Of a stretch of 64,000 bases of DNA, positions 54,208-64,000 are shown piece after piece. The translations under genes and the position numbers were made by a program. Location: positions 248,001 to 312,000 of the forward strand of contig MCFH01000014.1 of the NCBI GenBank assembly GCA_002104945.1. Reading direction: 5' to 3'. The DNA comes from Piromyces finnis finn (taxonomy: Eukaryota; Fungi; Neocallimastigomycota). The notes under the pieces were generated by a model. It had not been told where the DNA came from, made no database searches, and was given only the letters and a program-made list of their open reading frames with translations. How positions within the stretch are numbered: position 1 is the stretch's first letter; each line of letters opens with the position of its first letter.

Positions 54208-56267
54208 CTCTTTACTACTCATAGGGGATGAAGTGGATATACAGGAGGAGGAGGATTGTGGAGATAATGGGGATAAGGGTGATAGTGGAGATAACGGTGA
54301 TAATGGAGGTGAAGGTAATTGTTTTGGATTATTTGAATCTATGGATACTGGTGACATTGGCACTTTGTAATTCATATTAACTGCTAAACTAGAGGAGGTA
54401 TAATCATCATCATAGTGATGATGAGGATGACTCTGAATTTTTTCCTTATTGAGAGAAGGATCACTTTTTTTATTATCATTTTCTGTTAATTGTGGGGGCA
54501 TCTTTGACGAAGGAACATCGTTAAGCTGATCAATACTAACAAATAAACTACCTTCTTCTAATTCGTCTCTTTGATGTTTTTCTATATCCAAGGAGGCATT
54601 ATCCTTTTTTTTAAGATGATATTCCCTTGGTTTACGTGGAGAATATAAATCATTTTCGATATCGGTCACTGAATCGGTTCCAAAGCCAGTACTAATGATA
54701 GTACCTAAATCACCTGGAAGCATTATTCCTAAATCCATATCTATCACTGTTCCAATATCAGCTATTTCTTCATTCACTGGTGTATCTTTTGATGAAGAAA
54801 TAGAATCATTTTGATAAATATCTTTAATCACTCTTTTTCTATTTCTACTTTTAGTAGATTGTTGTAATCGTTGAGTTATTCCGGAAGAATTATCATCTGA
54901 ACAACTATACACAGGTACTGGTTTAGCAATAGGAACAGAATCATCAATATATATTGGTTTTACACCATTGGTATGATGACCGGGTACCATAATAGATTCG
55001 TTGATATAAAAGGAATGACAATTATAAGGTTCGCTATTTCGAGGTGATTTAATTTCAATTCTATGTTTTTTCCTCTCCTTTTTAGAAGATGTAGAACTAT
55101 TCTTATAGGAGAAGGGATGATCAACCTCTTTTTTAAATGAAATTTCCTCACCATATGGATGAGAATAGAATACATTATCAGTTTCCCCTAAATTCATTTT
55201 CGATAATGTTTTTGTATAATTAATAAAAAAGTTTCTTTTTTTCTTCCAATATTGGAATTTTTTATTTTTATTGGAAGAGGTATCTTTCAATGGTTTATCT
55301 TTATGACCACTATTGTAAGGATCATTATCTTTATTTATGTTGACATGAGTAACATCCATTTCCTTCATTGAATCATTTTCATTCATTTTATTATAAATTA
55401 TTTCTTCGTCTTCTTCATTACCTATATTTCCTTCCTTTTTTTCTTTTAATGAAAAAGGAGGTTTATCATTTTCTTCTTCCACATTAATTATGACATCTCT
55501 TGATTTAATTTCATAGTTTATTTTTTGGCCAAAGAAACGATTTTTATAAAAAAATAAAACTGTAAAAAGTAATAGCTATAATTTTTAAAAATGAATTATT
55601 AAAAAAAAAAAAGACATCAATTAATAAAACTATAAATTTTTATTTTTTTATAGTAATCTATATTATTAGATAATTACTCTTAAAATGTTACCTAACAAAG
55701 TTGAAATTTTTACTATAAATTTTTATATAAATTTTTTTTTTTAAACATATCATTAATATAAATTCAATATAACTAAAAGTTTCAAAAATATATTACAACT
55801 TACCCTTTCTTTTAATGAGTTCAATAAAAGTTATTAAAAGATATGCAAATATTATTATAGCATAAAGATATATATAATATTTTATATACTTGCAAATATC
55901 CTATATTTTTACATACAAATTAAAAAAAAAAAAAGAACAAATACTTTAATAAAAACATTGTTTTAACATGATAAAAAGGTCATTTATACATACCACAGCA
56001 TATATTATTACTATTCCTAAAAAAAGAATTATAATTTCTATGTAAAAAAGGTAAAATTCTAAATATTGTATTCCTTTTATTTCATCCGCATTATTTTCAC
56101 TAAATATTGTTATTAACTATTATTGATAAGAAAATTTTTTATTAATATCAGTTAAAATACTAAATAATATTATATAACTAACAACTAAATATACTTACGG
56201 ATATACAAATAATAATACTTAATAGTATGTGTTTAAATAAAGTTTTATTAATTTTATTTAAAAACAT
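53701..56267 (-). CDS. Multi-pass membrane protein (3-4 N-terminal TM) with ~600-aa disordered His/Ser-rich tail
   Basis: The supplied ORF starts at a GTG. Manual splicing gives phase-consistent exons 56267-56199, 56116-55994, 55900-55804, 55712-55692 and 55559-53701, all with GT-AG introns. These encode hydrophobic segments ahead of the long ORF. Confidence 0.65.
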
Positions 56268-58192
56268 TTTTTCTTTGTGCTTTACGATATTATTATTGTT
56301 ATTATTATTATTATTTTACTTTTATATTTTCCTTTTTTATATATACTTTAATTAGTTTTGGTTATTTCTATTTATTTATTAAATTATTTGATAATAATTC
56401 AATTACTTTTTTTTTATAATAAATTAAAGAATTACAAGTTTAATAGCAATAAATTAGGTTTTAAAAATATAAATAATACTTTTTAAAAAAAAAAATACAA
56501 AACTTTGTTCTATTAATGATTTAGAAAATATTTAATTCTTTTAATAATTTATAAATTATTAAATTTGTATATATTAATTATATCTAAATGCTTCAATAAA
56601 AATTAAATTTGAATAATTTTTTAAAAAAAAATAAAACATAATTTATTACCAAAATATATATATAATACTCTTGGAATTGTTTTTTTTTTTTTAATTAGTA
56701 TTATTTTATAAAGATGTTATATATTCATATAAATATAATTGTCAATGTATATTGTATTTTTTTTATTTATTAAAATAACAATTTATGCTTTGTGGTATTG
56801 CTTTAAGATAGTATTTATTAACTTTTTTTTTTTATCTTATAGTTTTTAAATAGTTTTAATTTTGTTATTATATAGTATATATAATAAATTTAAATATATT
56901 ATTAAACTTTTTATGCTATTACCAATTGGTAAAGTAAGTAATTTTTTTAAAAAATCGTTTACACTTAATACTAATTTAATGACTATAAATTAGATATAAT
57001 AAAATCATGCCATAGAATTATTTTATGTTGTTTTCTCTATTAGAAATTAAAAATAAATGTCATAAAATTTTACAATAATAAGATATTTAATTTTATTGTA
57101 AAACTTTTTTTTATTTTGTTTCTCTATATTCCTTTCGTTTTATTTATTAAATGTTCATTTTTTTTTCCTTATTATTATCTTTCAATTTTTTGTTTTTGTT
57201 TTTAGTTTTGGTTTTTTTATTCTTTTTTTGATATAAATAATAATAAAAAAAAAAAAAAAAAAAAAAACTTTCTTTTTCCTTTTATTCTATAAAAAAATGT
57301 TTTTTTTTTTTTTTTGTATGATATATTGTAGATTTAAATTTAATATATTCATTAAATCAATTTTTTATATATTTACCTAGAATTATTTCCTTTTTTATAA
57401 ATAAAAAGTGACAAAAAATGACAAAAAATCATTATAAAAACTTTCCATTCAAAGCATCATAAAAATATAATATTAATGAATAAATAAATATAAATATAAA
57501 TAAATAATATTAATAATTAAATAAATATATTTCTATTTAAATAAATTATTTTATGTATTACAATAATTTATTTAATATCTATTCTGTATTACAAATAAAC
57601 CTTATTTAATAATAAAAGTATATATGGGATTAGATTATATATATTGAAATTGACAAAATATAAAATAAAATAAAAAATTTATATTAAAAATAAAAAGGTA
57701 TATATTATAATACACTCTAATATATTAGTGATAACGTTTAATATAGGGTTACACGGAATTTTATATATTAATATTTAATGTGACTGTAAAGAAAAACGTT
57801 TTTTTTTATATTTAATATTTAAAATAAATAATAATTTTAATTATTATTAATTATTAGTATTAATTTGATAATGGGATTATAAACTTTAATAAATATAAAA
57901 AAGTAAAAAAAGTGCCACAAATTTTATATTAAATGGAATATTGAAGTTGTGATAATAATAAATTAAACTAAAACAATTATGTTTTAAAGGTGAAACAAAG
58001 CATTGCCTAAAAGTTGTTCAGGTAAGATAAAGGAAGAAGGAAAGAAAGGTGTATAAAAATAATGGAAAAGGAAGATAATGTAATAATGTGAATAAAAGTA
58101 AAATAAATAATAGTATACTATTAATATTATGATTTTAATTAGAATTATTATATAGATTTTACTTTAAAAAAAGATGTTTTATTCCACATTTA

Positions 58193-58306
58193 ACAGTGCA
58201 ATGCTATTAAACTGTTAAATAAAGTAGGCATAGTAACTAAAAAATTATAAAAGATTTTTAACTAAAATGAATAAAATAATTTAACAGTTTAATAGCATTG
58301 TACTAT
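58193..58306. repeat. 28-bp inverted repeat with ~58-bp spacer (MITE-like or hairpin)
   Basis: The left arm ACAGTGCAATGCTATTAAACTGTTAAAT and right arm ATTTAACAGTTTAATAGCATTGTACTAT are reverse complements at 26 of 28 positions. Confidence 0.75.
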
Positions 58307-58726
58307 TGTACATCAATACTTTCAAATAAATTATTTTAAAGAAAGATAATTTTTTTTTTTTAAAAAAAAGAACTATCTATCTATATATCTATATCTACAT
58401 ATATATATTATAAAATTAAAAGAAAGTTTAATTGCTTTGTTCTTAAAATAAGATATAAATTTAAATAACTTGTTAGAAATAAAGATGAAATAAGCTAACT
58501 AGAAATTTTTTTATTATTTAAAATATTGTGGGTTAGGAATATACATTTTGTAATTAATTGCTAAAATTTTGATATTCTTTTTTTTTATTTTATTTTCTCA
58601 ATCAGTCATTGTCATATTAATTCTGATACTGACTTTTCTTACATAACATATTATTTCTAACTAATGTTGATTGTAATGAAGAATACTTATTAGATAAGAA
58701 TAAATATTATTTTATACTTGACTATA

Positions 58727-58762
<36 letters not shown>

Positions 58763-60358
58763 CAATAACTTTACTTGCTGGTGTATGAAAAACATAAAAT
58801 TTTAATTATTACTATTATTATTATTATTCTAATTATTATTATTATTATAATCATAGTTGATGGTTAAGCTATTGGCAAAAAATTAAATTAGTTTAAACTC
58901 TTTTCTTTATTATTATAAACATAAATTCATAATAAAAATAGGTAGATAGAATATATAGAATTAAAATTTTAGAAATAAAAATCATCTAACCCAAATGCTA
59001 TCATCCACATTATTTTTTTATATGCTTAAAATTAGAATGTAGGGATTAAAATAAAAAATGTAAAATAAAAAGTTGTTTTTAATATCTTTTATATATAAAA
59101 ATCAAATGTATTTTATAATATTATATTTTAATAAGTTGTTATTGTTCATGTCTTCTTTTATTATACATATTAAAAAAAGGTATATTCATTTTTCTTTCAA
59201 ATGTTATATACAATTATTAAAATGTTAAGCTCACTAGCCACAATTATACCATAAAAAACAAACTGCTTTGCAAATTGAATTTTGCAAAGTTATTTATCCT
59301 TCTATGATGCTGCCTAATATTAGATAATAATTATCTGTCAATCCTACACTTTTTTCATGGCCATATGGTTTTATCAAAATTTATTAGTATCTAATACATT
59401 TACAATTAAATAATGTAGCAATTTATGTAGTAGATCTTTATTTTTGATTGAAAAATGACTATATTGTAATATATTGTATTCAGTATATTATTTATATTAA
59501 CCATGATCCTCGAATAAAATTAATTCTATTAGTAATATTTTATGTATTTTTAGGTATGAAAAATTTAAATATCAAATCATAATAAAGTACATTAGTAATA
59601 TAGTATATATAATATTAAATAATATATATTATATATATAAATATATGTATTATATGTATAATTCATATATTTGTTTAAGAGGTATAATCCTATATATATG
59701 ATATATGGATGATGTGTAGGTAGATTACTAAGGATAATTTTTATTATTATTATTATATAATAATTTTATATATATAAATGATATAAATCTTATTATTTAA
59801 TAAATAAATAATATTAAGATCTAATATTAGTATCAATATAGGAAAAAAACCTTAAATATCCTAAAACCAATTTTTTATTTTTATTTTTTTTTCTATTATT
59901 TTTTTTTATTCTCAAAGGAAATCAGTATAGAATAAAATAAATTGTATAAATAAACATATACTATTATATGTGTAAATTTTGAAATATACTGTAAATAATC
60001 AGAACTATATATATATTTGAAACTCTTGTTATTGGAAATTATTAATTTATTATAGAGGTAAAAGAAATATGTTTTTTTTTATAAAGTCTATTTTTTGTAA
60101 AAAAAGAAAGAAATTAATAAAAGTAACAACAATAATAATAGAAATAGAAATAATTATTATTATTTCGTTTATTTTTTTTTATATATTGTGTTGTGTTGAT
60201 ATGTATTATTGAAATGCTTTATTTTAATTTTTAGGTTTTCGAAATATTTAATTTTTTTTTTTTTCATTTTCCTTTTTAAGGATTATTACTAATATTTTTG
60301 TACAAATCTCTATCTTTTATTATTTTTTTTTGTCTATTGTAGTAATAAATAAAACAAC

Positions 60359-62984
60359 ATGTCTCAAGCTTTATTAACTGTTTTTAATGCTGCTAAGAAG
60401 CAAAACCGTGCTGTTTTCATTCCATTTGTTACAGCTGGTTACCCAAACAAAGGTAGATGAAATAATATAATAATACTCATGTGAAAAAAAAATAATAACG
60501 AAATAAAAAATAATTCAATCTTCTTCTTCTTCTTCTTATTTTTTAACTATACATATAAATAGATGAAACCGTTGATATTCTTCTTGCTTTACAAAAGGGT
60601 GGTTCTGATATTATTGAATTAGGTAAAATGGATAAAACATATAGAGTAATAATACGAAATAAAAAAAAGGACTATAAAATATTAAATATAATTTCTATTA
60701 TAATATTTTTTATATCATTTATTTTTGAAAAAATAAATAGGTGTTCCATTCTCTGATCCAACTGCTGATGGACCAACAATTCAAGAAGCTAGTCAAGTAA
60801 AATTAATATTTTAATATTTAATAATTTTAATATTTTTATTTAAAAAATGAATAAAATAAAAAAAAAACAATATTTAATATATATAAAATATAAAATATAT
60901 AATAATTATATTAAAAATGATAGATCTCTTTAAATAATAAAGTTAATATCGATGATTGTTTCGAATATGTCAGAGTTGCTCGTGAAAAGGGTTTAGTTAT
61001 TCCAGTTATTTTCATGGGTTACGCCAATCCATTCCAACAATATGGTTTAGATAAGTTAATGCAAAAGTGTGTTGATATTGGTGTTCAAGGTTTCATTAAC
61101 GTTGATCTTCCACCAGAAGAAAGTTATGAATTCAGACTTAAGTGTGACGAATACAAGTAAATATCAATGAAAATATTATCTAAAAATATTTTTTTGTTAC
61201 TAACTAATTATTTTCTTTATAAAATATTTTTTATATTTTAATATTAAAATTATTACTAATTATTAATTTTTAATATCATTATTGAAAATATCTTATTATT
61301 TGAAAATAGACTCAGTTTAATTCCACTTATTGCTCCAACTACTTCTGACCAAAGAGCTGAAAGATTAGCTAAAACTGCTACTTCTTACATTTACGTCATG
61401 AGTGCTCTTGGTGTTACTGGTTACCGTGAAAAGGTTAACTCTGAATTACCACACTTAGTTGCTCGTGTTAGAAAGCACACTAGTGTTCCAATTGCTGTTG
61501 GTTTCGGTGTTTCTACTGCTGAACACTTCAAGATTGTTGAAAAGGAAGCCGATGGTGTTATCATTGGTTCAAAGATTATTAAGGTCTTAAACAATGCTTC
61601 CACTAAGGAACAACGTCTTGCTGATTTAGAAAAGTACTGTAGAGAAGTTTGCCACCGTGAAGGTGAAGAAATCATTCCAATTGATTACAAGAAGGAAACT
61701 CCAGCTGAAGTTCCAAATGTTAAGCAAATTGATTTCAGTCACCATATGGTCAATTCTAAATTCGGAGACTTTGGTGGTCAATATGCTGCCGAATCTTTAA
61801 TTGATTGTCTTGATGAATTAGAAAAGGTTTACCTTACAGCTAAGGAAGATCCATTATTCTGGGAAGAATTCAGAAGTTACTATGATTACATGGGAAGAGA
61901 ATCTAAGCTTCACCTTGCTGACAGATTAACTAAGGAAATGGGAGGTGCTAAGATTTGGTTAAAGCGTGAAGACTTAAACCATACTGGTTCTCACAAGATC
62001 AACAATGCTATTGGTCAAATTCTTTTAGCCAAGCGTCTTGGTAAGAAGAGAATTATTGCCGAAACCGGAGCAGGTCAACATGGTGTTGCTACAGCTACAG
62101 CTTGTGCCAAATTTGGATTAGAATGTGTTGTTTACATGGGAGAGGTTGATGTTAAGAGACAAGCCTTAAATGTTTTCAGAATGAAGATGTTAGGAGCTAA
62201 GGTTGTTGCTGTTACTTCAGGCAGTAAGACCTTAAAGGATGCTGTTAATGAAGCAATGAGAGATTGGGTTACTAATGTTACCACTACTCACTACTTAGTT
62301 GGTTCTGCTATTGGTCCACATCCATTCCCATCTATTGTTCGTGACTTCCAATCTGTTATTGGAGAAGAATCTAAGAAGCAAATGATGGAACAAGCTGGTA
62401 AGCTTCCAGATTACATTGTTGCTTGTGTTGGTGGTGGTAGTAACTCTATTGGTCTCTTCTATCCATACATTAATGAAAAGAATGTTAAGATGCTTGGTGT
62501 TGAAGCTGGAGGTAGTGGTATTGAAACTGGTTTACACTCTGCTACTATTTCAGCTGGTACTCCAGGTATTCTTCATGGTGCTAAGACTTTCTTAATTCAA
62601 GATGAAGAAGGTCAAATTATTGAAACCCACAGTATTAGTGCTGGTTTAGATTACCCAGGTGTTGGTCCAGAACACGCTTTCTTAAAGGATTCTGGTCGTG
62701 CTGAATACATTGCTGCTACTGATGAACAAGCTTTAATTGGTTTCCGTAGATTAACCCAATATGAAGGTATTATTCCAGCTCTTGAATCTTCTCATGCTGC
62801 CTATGCTTGTACTGAATTAGCCAAGACCTTACCAAAGGATAAAGATATTTTATTATGTGTTAGTGGTCGTGGTGATAAGGATGTTATTTCTATTGCTGCC
62901 AACCTTCCAAAGTTTGGACCAAAGATTGGATGGGATCTTAGATTTGATGGAGCTGAAACTCTTGGTGTCCAAATCCCAAATTAA
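60359..62984 (+). CDS. TRP5: Tryptophan synthase, fused alpha-beta (fungal type)
   Basis: Alpha motifs [17 protein letters not shown] and GFGVST. Beta motifs [30 protein letters not shown] and [13 protein letters not shown]. Multi-exon 5' part. Confidence 0.97.
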
Positions 62985-64000
62985 ATTGAACCATTCAATT
63001 AATTTGAATTTATTGCTCTTTTAACTAAAGATCAACCAAATTTCACCAAAAATATGCAAATAATTGTAAATTCAATAATCATAACAATTGATCAAAAATA
63101 ACAATAAAATGTTTATACGATAAACCTTCCCAAAAAAAAAAAAAGGAAAAATAAAATATCAACACTAATTAACATTAAAGTATTATAAAATATTAACCAT
63201 CAATAAAATAATACCAAAAATTAATATATAATAAATTAAGAAATACAAAATTTTAATGCAAGACGTTAATAATGATTATTTGAAATATATATAAAAAAAG
63301 ATTTGAAACAATGAAAAAGTTTTAGACTTTAATAGAACATTGGATCGAATAGTTCAATTTATTTTTAACTATATTAATTTTAATATTGTTATATATATTA
63401 ATATTATATATATATAATGTATATATAAAAGAATTTTTAAACATAATATATGTAAAAATGTACTTTTTAATTTTATAATTTTTATAAATTCATAATTTAT
63501 TTAAATCAGTATTTTTATTAAAGATATATATTTCTTTTTTAAAAAGTAATAAAATAAAATAAAATAATAATAATAAAAAAAAAAAAGTCTTTAAAAAATC
63601 TTTTTACAGAGTGATAATAGTATTAAAGTACCAATTGCTAATTTTCTTTTGAATTGTTCTATTTATATATTAACTTTTTTCAAAAAAGAAAAAAGAAAAA
63701 AATAGCTATGAAAGAATTAGAGTTATTGATTTATATATATATATTTAATACAGATGTCATTGATCCTTGTTGAAACATGTTAAATTGTATTAATAATCAT
63801 TACTAATTCTAATGTATATTATTGGTATGTAAAAAATTTTTTTTATTGATTTTGAAAGTCCAATTAATTTATCTATTGAAGATTTAATTAATTTTATGAA
63901 ATATAAATATAATAAAAAAAGACTTTTTTTTTTAAAAAAATATATGTACATAAAAGGAGTATAACAGCAAAACAGAAATTATAGGTAGGTAAAATTAGTA

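Overview
Very AT-rich, intron-containing eukaryotic DNA. The CBM1 domain, TKTIP-type repeats, fused fungal Trp synthase and long poly(A)/(T) intergenic tracts point to an anaerobic gut fungus (Neocallimastigomycota; inference). About 14 protein genes can be built: a secreted Ser/Thr-repeat CBM1 protein, a small Cys/His-motif protein, ERO1, a CS+Sel1 tail-anchored protein, RPC19, a Ugo1-like carrier, an MTA1/AMT1 6mA DNA methyltransferase, SED5, an LRR protein, an SH3 membrane protein, a C2H2 transcription factor, a CAP-Gly coiled-coil protein, a multi-TM protein and TRP5. The main unexplained structure is non-coding: a family of ~530-nt SINE-like retroposons with a tRNA-Ala(AGC)-derived head. 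Two copies have poly(A) tails and target-site duplications (4550-5120 +, 11044-11577 -) and a third is decayed (~13160-13520 +). The two intact copies share head and tail, have middles that cannot be aligned by eye, and both keep an 11-nt sequence exactly complementary to the canonical U1 snRNA 5' end. All alignments and gene models were made by eye; no database search was run.
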